This document shows, in pieces, positions 8,287 through 18,037 of a DNA stretch of 34,908 nucleotides. Every line of letters starts with the position of its first letter. The first letter of the stretch is position 1. Source of the stretch: Trichomonas gallinae (taxonomy: Eukaryota); the NCBI GenBank assembly GCA_008369845.1, contig MRSU01004418.1:1-34908 (forward strand), read 5' to 3'. The notes below the pieces were generated by a model, which was not told the DNA's origin, ran no database searches, and was given only the letters and a program-made list of their open reading frames with translations. A program made the position numbers and the translations under genes.

Positions 8287-10695
8287 TTACGGGAGAGACT
8301 TGATAGCACCAGTATCAGTGACTGGCATAGCTCCGTAGTTGTAAGATAGCTTAACATTGAGGTGGAATGGAACATCGGCTGGGTTGAAATGGAAAACAAT
8401 GACACTTACTGGCTTGTTTGGTCCGCAAACATTGCCGGATGGTGCCTGCATCTTCACCTGGCAGCCTTGAATAGCTTGAACTGCAATAACGAAATTGGTG
8501 AACTCCTTGTTCATCTTTGAGACAGCCGTCAATTTAATCATCGTCTGGCGAGAATCATTAGCATTAACTTGGCTCTGGCCATACAAAGTGACATCCGACA
8601 TATCCAGAACTGGAACAGGACCCTTTGGCTGTGGATGTGGTGGCTGCTGAGGATGTGATTGTGGTTGCTGGATTGGCACTGGCTTCGGTGGCTGCTGAGC
8701 GATGACTGGCTGAGCGGGAGAAGGAGTAGCAGGTGTAGATGGACCAAGACCAAGAAGGTCGAGGGCAGATGGCGGTGCTGCGTTTTGTGGTTTCGGCTGT
8801 GGATTGGAAGGAGTAGATGGGCCAAGTCCGAGGATGTCCAGGGCTGGCTGCGGGTTGGATGGCTTGGCTGGCGCGTTTGTATCGAGTAAGTTGAGGAGAA
8901 GGTCGTCGTCAGCTTTGGCCATCTCTGGAGCTTCGTTGATTGCGACTGCTTTTTCGTCGATTTCGTTGTCAGCACCAACAGCAATTGGAGCGAGAAGCTG
9001 CTCACCTACTTGACCAAACTGGAGGAGCTTGAGCATTTCACCTGCACGCTGCTGGACCTCCAAAGCATTTGATTTGGATAGTTCGCCCAAGATCTGCAAA
9101 ACTGCATCTTTGCAATCGTGGAATCTAGCCGCGAGCTTTGAAACTGCCATGATGATATAAAGGCGGGTCTCAACTGATGTCTGTGGGAGGTTGACGATCT
9201 TAGCAAGTGTCTCGACGTTCTTGGAATCTTCAGCGAATTCGCCGATGACGAATGCTGAAACTTGGACCAGGCTCTGGTTCTCGCTGTAGTGGAGGAGGCT
9301 CTCTGAAAGTCTTTGTACTGCGTGCGAGTGAAGCTTCGGGTTCTTTGTAATGAGTTCGCAGAAAGAAGCGACAATGTCTGGGCTGACGTAATTTCCACTA
9401 TCGATGAGAATCTTGTGGACTGTATCGAAGTTCCACTGCAGAGTTGGTGCAAACTTCTGTGTTGCCGTGTAGATCTTAGAAATTAATTCAGCACGGAATT
9501 CAGCATCAGATAATTTAACGAATCCAAGAATTTCTGGTATAAGAGTCTCGACATTCTTTTCATCGATAAGTGCGGAAATAACATCCAAAGCACGACGGCG
9601 GACTGATGGATCCTTATTATCCAAACATTTAACAATCGCGTTTTTATAGCGTTGAATGGCCATAGAATCAGCTCCTCCTCTTGCTATAATGCGTGGGTCG
9701 TTGGATAAAATGCGTGCATAGGCAGATAAAGCTGAATAAAGAATATTCGGATCTTTCATCGAGAGCAAGCGTCCAATCTGATTGAATCCGTGCCCACGGA
9801 GAGATGCCTTCTTTGTAATAGCGCAGACAGTTTCGACAGCTTGATACAGCAAAGCTCTGCCTGTATTTCTTTTGTATTCTGTAGTTGAAATGATGCTCTG
9901 GAGGATTGTTTCCAGCTCATCGTTGCGTTTCTTGAGTAATGCGAGTGCTTGCATTGCTTTAATTTGCATAAATGGATCATTGTAAATTCCTGAAGCAAAT
10001 TCAGGCGACGGCCTTGTGTGAACGAGGCTTTTAAGTATTTTGGTGAATGGAATGTTGAACTGATGCCATACTTGCGCTAAACGTGGTTCAGAGCGAATCA
10101 TTTGTAGAGTTAAATTCATGCCTGATAATATGACGCCATGGTTGCTTGAGTTGAGGAGAGATTGAACTGAGTTCTTGAATGATTCTGCTAAGTCTGGGTG
10201 TTTAGAAATGATTCGAGCTGCCGCCATTCCTGCATGCTTCTGGACAGAAGGTATAGGAGATGGAAGAAGCTTCTGAACAGCTGTCGTTACTGATCTGCAA
10301 ACTTCATGGGAGCCAAGATTAGCAATAAATGTTAAAGAAAGGTTTTGGATATTTGGATCCGGATTTTCCAGATCTTTGAGTAATGTCTGTGTTACAAGGA
10401 CCGTCAATTCAGCGCTTTCATCAAGCAAAATCGTTGCGCCGATATATCCGACTCTTTTATATGAGAATCTGTCATCTGTCATTAACGTAATCGTCTCCAT
10501 TTGGCCCCAAGCAGGGTTCTCACCCAACATATCCAAGAAAATAATCTTAGATACAATTCGAGGTCTCATTTCGGGTGTGCATTTCCTCAAATAGGCTCGA
10601 ATTTGTGCTTTTTCGGTCGCAATAATGAATTTCTCCTGTTCAATGTTGTCAGCAATTCTCACTGCACAGATAAATTCAGTAAGAGGCTGAGTCAT
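8287..10695 (-). CDS. AP1G1: AP-1 complex gamma-adaptin
   Basis: Adaptin N trunk (LTEFICAVR, MLGENPAWGQME, KRVGYIG, DPFMQIK, DPSVRRRALD, LEVQQRAGE), Pro/Gln-rich hinge and short ear. Confidence 0.92.
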   Translation of the reverse strand: MTQPLTEFICAVRIADNIEQEKFIIATEKAQIRAYLRKCTPEMRPRIVSKIIFLDMLGENPAWGQMETITLMTDDRFSYKRVGYIGATILLDESAELTVLVTQTLLKDLENPDPNIQNLSLTFIANLGSHEVCRSVTTAVQKLLPSPIPSVQKHAGMAAARIISKHPDLAESFKNSVQSLLNSSNHGVILSGMNLTLQMIRSEPRLAQVWHQFNIPFTKILKSLVHTRPSPEFASGIYNDPFMQIKAMQALALLKKRNDELETILQSIISTTEYKRNTGRALLYQAVETVCAITKKASLRGHGFNQIGRLLSMKDPNILYSALSAYARILSNDPRIIARGGADSMAIQRYKNAIVKCLDNKDPSVRRRALDVISALIDEKNVETLIPEILGFVKLSDAEFRAELISKIYTATQKFAPTLQWNFDTVHKILIDSGNYVSPDIVASFCELITKNPKLHSHAVQRLSESLLHYSENQSLVQVSAFVIGEFAEDSKNVETLAKIVNLPQTSVETRLYIIMAVSKLAARFHDCKDAVLQILGELSKSNALEVQQRAGEMLKLLQFGQVGEQLLAPIAVGADNEIDEKAVAINEAPEMAKADDDLLLNLLDTNAPAKPSNPQPALDILGLGPSTPSNPQPKPQNAAPPSALDLLGLGPSTPATPSPAQPVIAQQPPKPVPIQQPQSHPQQPPHPQPKGPVPVLDMSDVTLYGQSQVNANDSRQTMIKLTAVSKMNKEFTNFVIAVQAIQGCQVKMQAPSGNVCGPNKPVSVIVFHFNPADVPFHLNVKLSYNYGAMPVTDTGAIKSLP
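8731..8844 (-). repeat. Internal 12-codon duplication ALD(I/L)LGLGPSTP in the adaptin hinge
   Basis: Copies at 8809-8844 and 8731-8766; 11 of 12 residues identical with many synonymous differences. Confidence 0.85.
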
Positions 10696-10791
10696 ATATT
10701 TTTTTTTAGAATTTTTTTTCCATAAAAATTTTCTTTTGGATTTTAATAGCCTATTGAACTATAATAATGAAAATGAATCTAATTCTAAAAA

Positions 10792-11023
10792 TGACACGTA
10801 AATGTTAGTAATTGACACGTAAAATATTCAATTTTTATTGTCACGTAAATTATATTTTTGTCACAAAATTATATATTTTTGACATTATAAATTTACAAAA
10901 CATTTTTATCCCTTTTTTTTTGCGAAGTTTTATTTCTACGTAATTTGTGTCATATAAATGATATATTTTTGAGATTTGAATTTTGAAAACATTGCCATGT
11001 AAATCAGAATTTTGCCATGTAAT
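10792..11023 (+). promoter_or_regulatory. Cluster of TG(A/C/T)CA(C/T)GTAAA motifs between divergent AP1G1 and TAF8-like genes
   Basis: Exact copies at 10792, 10813, 10839, 10993; variants at 10859, 10948, 11013. Confidence 0.55.
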
Positions 11024-11140
11024 CAACACTTTTTGACAAATTCAATTTACAAAACAATTTTGATTTTACTTTGGTAATTTTTCTTTAAGGGATGTTTTAT
11101 TCATTTACTTCAATTTTAGCCTTAAATTGTTCATAAAATA

Positions 11141-11893
11141 ATGGATGATTATACACATAAGATATTAAGAATAATTATCGCTCGAAATGCAGTTGAAAAT
11201 GGATTCTCGAAGATATCAGAAACAGCTTTGGATATATTTGTTGATGCAGTTGTTGATTATCTAGGCGATATTAGCAAATTTTCTTCTTTAATTGCCATTT
11301 CTGCACGAAGAACTGAAGTAAATGGTTATGATCTGTTTACTGCATTACGAGACAAAACGAATGAAAATGTCAAAACTCTAACAACTTATATCAGCGAATT
11401 AGATCAATCTAAGCTTAACTACAAATTCATTCCAAATTACCCAGAACCATTTGTTCCACAGTTTTACAAGCAACAAATCAAATCAAATGAAATCAAAACT
11501 CATCCACCACAAAGGTTTCCAATTAATCGGCCACAAAACCAATCAAAACCATATATTCCAGTATTTTATCCGAGTATACCAGAAGAATACCTTCAAAAGG
11601 GTGAAGAAAATCCTACTGTACAGACTAAAGCACAAAAATCGGAATCAGATACTAGTAAATTGCGCGAACAAAAGATTATTCAGACTGAAATTGGCAATTT
11701 AGATCGAGTTAAAAGACAAAATGCACCATCATTCGTGAATATTACTCAACACATGTTAATGCTTCTTGGAACAGATATAAACATCAATCCAACACAAGCA
11801 TGTAATAGTTTACTGATCACAAATGGAATCTATCCATTAGTTGATCCTGAAAAAGAATTTCAATTCGAGCTCAAGAAAAAGGAAGATAATTAG
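11141..11893 (+). CDS. TAF8: Bromodomain-associated (BTP) histone-fold protein, TAF8-like
   Basis: N-terminal ILRIIIAR...GFSKISETALDIFVD...ARRTEVNGYDLFTAL fits the Bromo_TP fold; PYIPVFYPSIPEEY resembles the TAF8 Pro-rich C motif. TAF3 is not excluded. Confidence 0.75.
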   Translation: MDDYTHKILRIIIARNAVENGFSKISETALDIFVDAVVDYLGDISKFSSLIAISARRTEVNGYDLFTALRDKTNENVKTLTTYISELDQSKLNYKFIPNYPEPFVPQFYKQQIKSNEIKTHPPQRFPINRPQNQSKPYIPVFYPSIPEEYLQKGEENPTVQTKAQKSESDTSKLREQKIIQTEIGNLDRVKRQNAPSFVNITQHMLMLLGTDININPTQACNSLLITNGIYPLVDPEKEFQFELKKKEDN

Positions 11894-12110
11894 TAAGCTT
11901 ATGAGCTAACCTTTAATACTATAGATAGAAACTTATAGATTTGTTTGTTTGATAATATAAAATTTGTTTGTTTTTGATGAAATACAATAAAACTTATATG
12001 AATAGAATCCATATAAGCAACATAATATAAATTCATGGATTAAATTATCAAAATTCATTTTAAAATTTACTGACATGTAAATTATTTATTTGACAAAATA
12101 TCAGATTTTT

Positions 12111-14372
12111 ATGATACCTTTTTTTCTTCTTCTTTATAAAATAAAGGAAAATTATAGAGAAGGACCCATTTACGAGATTACGACTACTGTATCAGAGTCA
12201 ACAAGTTATACCATATTTATAAGCACATCAAATCATTCTGCCGAAATTTTAAATCTTTCAACATCGAACAATGATGTAATAGATAAAATAACGCTCGAAA
12301 GTACCATAGAATTCAATGATACCACCTTAGATATAATTTCTATTGCAAAATACGCATTTTCATATGTTCGTGTCCGTTATTTTTCGTATCCATCATCTTT
12401 GCAACAAATAGGTTCATTCCATGGACCATACTCACACATAGAAAACGTTGATTTTGCACAAACGAAGATAAATTTTCTTCCCGAATCTACATTTGAATCA
12501 ATGACGAGCTTAAAACAAATTATTCTTCCTAATAGCATCATAAAATTACCATTTGCCGTTTTCAAACATTGCATTTCCCTTGAAACATTTCTTTTTGATC
12601 ATGAGATCGATCTTTCTCAAGCAACTTATGGATTTTATAACTGCTCATCGCTAAAATCAATCGATTTATCCAAATGTACAGTTCAATTCTTGCCTGATTA
12701 CATATTTGCCTATTGTTCGAATTTAGAAGACCTAAACTTAATAGCAGCACCTTCCTTAGGAAGCTATGTATTCTACCAAACAAAAATTAAGTCATCATTA
12801 ATTAGTCGTATTACTTCATTTACGAATTATTCTTTCGCAGGAATATTAGGAAATTTCGAAATTACTCTAAGGGATGAGACAATACCGGAGGGACTATTAA
12901 TGGACTGTCCTGATATTGTAATGATAAATCTCGAAATGTCAGTTAGTAATATTGGCCCTTATGCATTCAAGGGATGCAAATCCTTGTCCATGATTTTGAT
13001 TCCAAGATTTTTGTCATCAATTAGTAATGAAGCCTTTGCAAATACGAAATCTCTAGAAAAATTAAATCTTCAATTTACAAGGCTTGAAACCATTGGAGTA
13101 ATGGCTTTCTATGGATCGGGTATTAAAGAAATCCAATTACCAGACACTTTAACGACAATTTCTGATTATACATTTCAAAATTCAGATATTGATATAATTA
13201 CTACACCAAGATCCTTAAACACATTAGGAAAGTGCGTATTTACAAATTCTAAGCTGAGAATTGCAGATTTTTCAAGATCAACGGAAATTGATAAATTTTC
13301 GAGCGAAATGTTTAAAGACTGCATCAATCTTGAACAAATCAGGATGCCTCCAGTACAACTCACATTTGGATACTCGATCTTTGAAAATTGCATCAATTTG
13401 AAATCAATCATTTTAAGTGACTTTATTACGATCAATTCCAGGACATTTTACAACTGTTCAAGTTTAGAATACGCAATATTCCCAGGAATTAAATCAATGA
13501 CAAACACAACAGGATATAATTTTTACAAATGTGTCAATCTTAAACTTATCGGTGATATTAACCACGAAAAATATCCGGACTTTGCTGTCATTGATTTACA
13601 AAGCAGTGGAGACTTCATTGCTGATCATTCTTTTGCTTATTGCGAAAAAATACAGAAAATCATATTAGGTTTGCAATCAGTGATTGAAACATGCGTTTTC
13701 GCATATCTTAGAAAGCTTGAAATTGCAGATTTATCAAAATCAAATTTGAAATCTCTTGCAAATTCACTATTTTTAGAATGTCCAAAACTCCACACATTAT
13801 ATTTGCCAAACAAAATGGAAAAATTCGAAAAATATTCGCTAGCTAATGTTTCTTCCATATCAATTTACTATTGCGGTTCTAATGACATTAGAATGATTAA
13901 TTCCATTGGTCCAAACACTCAAATAACGTTTTACTCTGTAGAAACTGTCAGTATGAACGATGTTATGCCTATCACACTCGAAACTTGTTTTAATGTAGTT
14001 ACTCCAACCCCAATTCCACTTCCAAGACCCACAGCGCCTGATATTCCAGAAGATGACTACACACCACCAGTTATTAACAAACTTCATACAAAAGTTCCTG
14101 AAAAAGTAACATCAGCGAGTCCATTTTCGCTTACAAGACAAAATTATCCAGAATTCACACCACAACATTATGTTGGACGTGTGAAACCAATCATTTTCAC
14201 TCTTACAACAATTATCATTATTGTATTATTTACTTTGTTAGTTTTTATTCCTTTAGTTTTGATATGCATTGTTAACTTCAAGAAAGCAGTTATTCAGCAC
14301 ACGAAAGACCAACATGATGAAAAATCTCTTGTTGACAATGCATACTTCGATTACCATGCGGATATAGATTAA
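12111..14372 (+). CDS. BspA: BspA-like (TpLRR) single-pass surface protein
   Basis: Many ~23-aa repeats of type IGxxAFxxCxxLxxIxIP; hydrophobic N-terminus from ATG 12111; Pro/Thr linker; C-terminal transmembrane helix and short cytosolic tail. Confidence 0.92.
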   Translation: MIPFFLLLYKIKENYREGPIYEITTTVSESTSYTIFISTSNHSAEILNLSTSNNDVIDKITLESTIEFNDTTLDIISIAKYAFSYVRVRYFSYPSSLQQIGSFHGPYSHIENVDFAQTKINFLPESTFESMTSLKQIILPNSIIKLPFAVFKHCISLETFLFDHEIDLSQATYGFYNCSSLKSIDLSKCTVQFLPDYIFAYCSNLEDLNLIAAPSLGSYVFYQTKIKSSLISRITSFTNYSFAGILGNFEITLRDETIPEGLLMDCPDIVMINLEMSVSNIGPYAFKGCKSLSMILIPRFLSSISNEAFANTKSLEKLNLQFTRLETIGVMAFYGSGIKEIQLPDTLTTISDYTFQNSDIDIITTPRSLNTLGKCVFTNSKLRIADFSRSTEIDKFSSEMFKDCINLEQIRMPPVQLTFGYSIFENCINLKSIILSDFITINSRTFYNCSSLEYAIFPGIKSMTNTTGYNFYKCVNLKLIGDINHEKYPDFAVIDLQSSGDFIADHSFAYCEKIQKIILGLQSVIETCVFAYLRKLEIADLSKSNLKSLANSLFLECPKLHTLYLPNKMEKFEKYSLANVSSISIYYCGSNDIRMINSIGPNTQITFYSVETVSMNDVMPITLETCFNVVTPTPIPLPRPTAPDIPEDDYTPPVINKLHTKVPEKVTSASPFSLTRQNYPEFTPQHYVGRVKPIIFTLTTIIIIVLFTLLVFIPLVLICIVNFKKAVIQHTKDQHDEKSLVDNAYFDYHADID

Positions 14373-14476
14373 TTATATTATTAAATACTATTGTTTATAT
14401 ATTTCTGAACCCTATACTCTTTACCATTATAAGCAATTTCTAATATATAGTCGTGAATAATATCAACGAAAATATT

Positions 14477-14640
14477 TGACATGTAAAATGTATAAATGTC
14501 GTGTAAATTATATCTTGACATGTAAAATTTCATAAATGAATATTATTTGACATGTAAACTAATATTAATTTTTTGCCATGTAAATATCACAAAAATTATA
14601 TTTTGACAAATAAACTTTTCAATATAATTTGACATGTAAA
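14477..14640 (+). promoter_or_regulatory. Seven-copy cluster of TG(A/C)CATGTAAA-type motifs upstream of the Sel1 gene
   Basis: Exact at 14477, 14516, 14548, 14574, 14630; variants at 14497 and 14604; last copy ends 25 nt before ATG 14666. Confidence 0.6.
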
Positions 14641-14665
14641 ATCTAATAAACGTCAAAAATCTATA

Positions 14666-16273
14666 ATGCTAATTCCTCCTTCACCACAATTAATTTTGCA
14701 TGTCGAAGATCCTTTCTACAGCCAACAGATTATAAGAAAGGAACCAACAATATTATCTTCAGAAGAACTTCGAAAGCAACGAGATTCATTAATTTATGTC
14801 GATTTAGGATTTATGTGCTTAAATGGCCAAAATCCTAGAATAAGGAAATCAACAAAACAAACAATTACGTTATTATCAGCATTCATAGAAATACCAAACC
14901 CAGGAATTCCTTTATTTTTCGGAATTTTAGCGAACTCACTTGAAAACGTCCCATCTGCCCTCTATTTCTTCCAATTGGCAGCACAGAGAGGAAGTACAAT
15001 AGCAATGAACGCGATTGGAATTCTTTATCAAAAATTTTCTTCATCAATTCCAGATCAAAATATTAATGTTTTTAAAGAGGCCCTTAAATGGTTTAAGCGA
15101 GCTTTAAGTAGTGGCTCTTCTGACGCTTTATATCTTATTGGAGATTTGTATAATGAATATGGAATGCAATTACAAGCGTTACAGTACTATTTACGCCATT
15201 ACAAAGAGACACAGAGTATTTCATCAGCGAAAAAATGCGCAGAAATTTTTAAGAAATTTGATCAGCCTGAAGAAAGCAAGAAAATGCTTAGATTAGCAGC
15301 TGCTTCTGGGGATAAAGAGTCTGTGCTTTTAATGATCGACGCTCTTACAAAACCAAATGAGAAAAATATTCTTGCAATTTGGGAACAGTTGAAAACGCGT
15401 TTTAACATTCGTATTCCACAAGCACAGCCATTTTCTTCGTTATTAAGTGCTACAAGGCATAGAGATAGCACATTACCTCCTTTCGCTGCTGCAGCAAATT
15501 TATTAACTTTATCAGATCCATTCGGACAAATAGATAACACACAAAAACTCCTTCAGCACCTCACTTCCATTACATATAGTCACGAAGACTCTCCAAACTA
15601 TCCATCTGAGCCTGGATTTGTTGATAAACCTTCTCCAGCTTTTTATCCATCAACGAATAGGACAAGGCTTCTGCTACTTGCTTTTCAGTACACATCTGCT
15701 AATTTTTCGGACAGAAACTTGAATTTGGCTGCACTTGCGCTGAAAACATTGAATGAAATCTCACCAAAAGGAATTTGCGAGTCAAAACTTTGGCAATCGA
15801 AGTATAAATACCCACGTGATACAGATTATGCAATTATCGGCTTCATTTCTTATTTACTCGACGATTTCAAGGCAGCATTAGAATTTTTCGAGGCTGGAAG
15901 CAAGAAAGGATGCCGAACATGTTCTCTTATGGCTGGAATCATGCTATTCCACGGCCTTGGATTCCAAGCAAAACCAGATTCCGCTTGTTATTATTTCGCT
16001 CAATGTGCAACCGATCCTCTTGCTTTGCTGCATCTCGCTGCATCATGCAATGATGATATATGGCTGCAGAGGGCTGCGAAGTTCTTAGATATCTCATGGA
16101 AGTCTGGAAAAATTTATGAATGGGCTGGTGATCAATTCCTTGAAGGCACAAAAGTTCCATTCAACAAACAGATTGCACAGGCATGGTATGGATTGGCATA
16201 TTCCAAGTATAAGAATGGAACAGAAGATATAAGTGAATTTGTTGCAAAAGTAAGAGAAGTTCTTACTATGTGA
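14666..16273 (+). CDS. Sel1-like repeat protein
   Basis: ALYFFQLAAQRGSTIAMNAIGILY, EALKWFKRALSSGSSDALYLIGDLY, and further degenerate Sel1 units near the C-terminus. Confidence 0.8.
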   Translation: MLIPPSPQLILHVEDPFYSQQIIRKEPTILSSEELRKQRDSLIYVDLGFMCLNGQNPRIRKSTKQTITLLSAFIEIPNPGIPLFFGILANSLENVPSALYFFQLAAQRGSTIAMNAIGILYQKFSSSIPDQNINVFKEALKWFKRALSSGSSDALYLIGDLYNEYGMQLQALQYYLRHYKETQSISSAKKCAEIFKKFDQPEESKKMLRLAAASGDKESVLLMIDALTKPNEKNILAIWEQLKTRFNIRIPQAQPFSSLLSATRHRDSTLPPFAAAANLLTLSDPFGQIDNTQKLLQHLTSITYSHEDSPNYPSEPGFVDKPSPAFYPSTNRTRLLLLAFQYTSANFSDRNLNLAALALKTLNEISPKGICESKLWQSKYKYPRDTDYAIIGFISYLLDDFKAALEFFEAGSKKGCRTCSLMAGIMLFHGLGFQAKPDSACYYFAQCATDPLALLHLAASCNDDIWLQRAAKFLDISWKSGKIYEWAGDQFLEGTKVPFNKQIAQAWYGLAYSKYKNGTEDISEFVAKVREVLTM

Positions 16274-16408
16274 GTTATTATATTAGTTAAATATTTTGTT
16301 TTTTTAAAGCATAGCCCATTTTTCCATGGATATTGGAACACACGAAAAAATGAATTGAAAAGTTGCTAGTAATTATCACAAATACAATTTCATTATAGTA
16401 AATGTCAA

Positions 16409-16490
16409 GGTACTATGGCCGAGTGGTCCAAGGCGGTGGATTCAAGTCCCACTATCGAGAGATGCCTGGGTTCGAACCCCAGTGGTACCA
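16409..16490 (+). tRNA. trnL-CAA: tRNA-Leu(CAA)
   Basis: 82 nt; acceptor GGTACTA/TGGTACC, A box TGGCCGAGTGG, anticodon loop TTCAAGT, long variable arm, T arm CTGGG-TTCGAAC-CCCAG, discriminator A, T7 terminator immediately after. Confidence 0.95.
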
Positions 16491-16929
16491 TTTTTTTAAA
16501 TTTTTGTTTCTTACATTCCGAAAATATTATATAACATGGATTAGTTAAAGTTCAGGATCAAAGAATTTATAACCAAAGAAATAAATAATATGTCTCGCTT
16601 ATTGTTTTTCATCAAGTATCATCATTCAGCAAAATACAATTTGATCTTGAAAAGATGGAACAATATTGATTCACAAGTATGAATATTTCGACATGTAAAG
16701 ATATATGATGTGAATTATAAGACATTTTAACTTATAAGCCAAGAAATATGTTAAAATATTCTGGATTGATTGTGGTATTATGAAAAACGACCACGATGTG
16801 AAGTTATAGATCTATGTCCATTGGTAAAGTGCATAAACCGATTAAGCACATCTTATGAGAATGAAAAATTCAATATTAAAAATTACTCTGATTATATCAT
16901 AAGGACTGATTTTTAAATTTAAAAGACAA

Positions 16930-17011
16930 GGTACTATGGCCGAGTGGTCCAAGGCGGTGGATTTAAGCCCCACTATCGAGAGATACCTGGGTTCGAACCC
17001 CAGTGGTACCA
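16930..17011 (+). tRNA. trnL-TAA: tRNA-Leu(TAA)
   Basis: Same 82-nt cloverleaf with anticodon loop TTTAAGC; T6 run downstream. Confidence 0.95.
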
Positions 17012-17056
17012 ATTTTTTCCTTTTTCTATTGAAATTATTTTTTTATGAAACCAATT

Positions 17057-18037
17057 TTAATCCAAAACATTCATCATAAACACTTCAAAAGCTATGAAAG
17101 GCAAATCAATAACATCATCATGATAGTTGTCGTAACTCTGAGATGGAATGTGGATAATTTCACATAATTCAAATTTTTCATGAAGGAATTTTAATGAAAA
17201 AGTCTTATTACCCATATCAGAAGTATATACAGATGGCATTGTACCAGGTAACTGATCTGTGGAACAACGTGTCAAAGAAATACTTCCGTTTCTTTGACCA
17301 ACATCAGCATAGAAAACCTGGAGAATAAAATTAAGCAAAAAGCAGGAATCTTCGACAAATAAATCACATCCATAGGCACAGAGAATACCATTAGGATATG
17401 TTATATTGTTTTCTACAACATTCCAGTGATGAAATTTATAGCCAGTCATATACCAGAAGGCAAGAACATCATTTGTATCACTTGTGTTGTTGATGACATT
17501 GCAAAACGAAGAATTACTTGAACCATGAACAATACCTGTAGCAAAACCACTAGCAGCAGCTATATTCTTGTTATTCGTTGAGTTGGCACCAATAACTTCG
17601 CTTTTTCCGTTGACCAAAAATACAGTTGAAAGTGACGAAGATTTTACGTCTGATTGAAATGAAGTAAAGTATAACAAAAATGTTTGATTTTTATAATTTC
17701 TACTTTCAGCCTTTATAAATCCTCCATTAATTAATCCAGTTCCATTGTTGGCACATTGTATTCCACACGAATGACTAATTTTAAAATTTCCATTCGAAAT
17801 ATAGTAAATTGCGCCTCCATTTCCAAATTCATATAGACATTTATAAAATGTAGACGCAAATATATCACAATTTAAAGGTAATGACGAATTTAAGTAAATA
17901 GATCGATTATTTTGGTTTTCAAACCAACAATATGAAACATAATAGGAATATTCATCATTATCACTTAAAACTGGACCAGTGTTATTATATAACTGATGCT
18001 CATATATCAACAGAAAGTAAAGATTAAAAAAATTATG
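17057..18037 (-). CDS. Hypothetical Asn/Ser/Cys-rich beta-helix-like protein (GGAI motif); open frame lacks a 5' AUG, possible pseudogene
   Basis: 327-codon open frame bounded by TGA at 18040-18038; FxNxxxRSIY, GNGGAIY, CxxxNN repeats; first in-frame ATG only about 190 codons in. Confidence 0.6.
   Translation of the reverse strand, partial: HNFFNLYFLLIYEHQLYNNTGPVLSDNDEYSYYVSYCWFENQNNRSIYLNSSLPLNCDIFASTFYKCLYEFGNGGAIYYISNGNFKISHSCGIQCANNGTGLINGGFIKAESRNYKNQTFLLYFTSFQSDVKSSSLSTVFLVNGKSEVIGANSTNNKNIAAASGFATGIVHGSSNSSFCNVINNTSDTNDVLAFWYMTGYKFHHWNVVENNITYPNGILCAYGCDLFVEDSCFLLNFILQVFYADVGQRNGSISLTRCSTDQLPGTMPSVYTSDMGNKTFSLKFLHEKFELCEIIHIPSQSYDNYHDDVIDLPFIAFEVFMMNVLD

Noticed and set aside
14477..14640. 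CRISPR-like repeat-spacer array
   Set aside because: Repeats are only about 11 bp, spacers are short and irregular, no cas genes, eukaryotic context.
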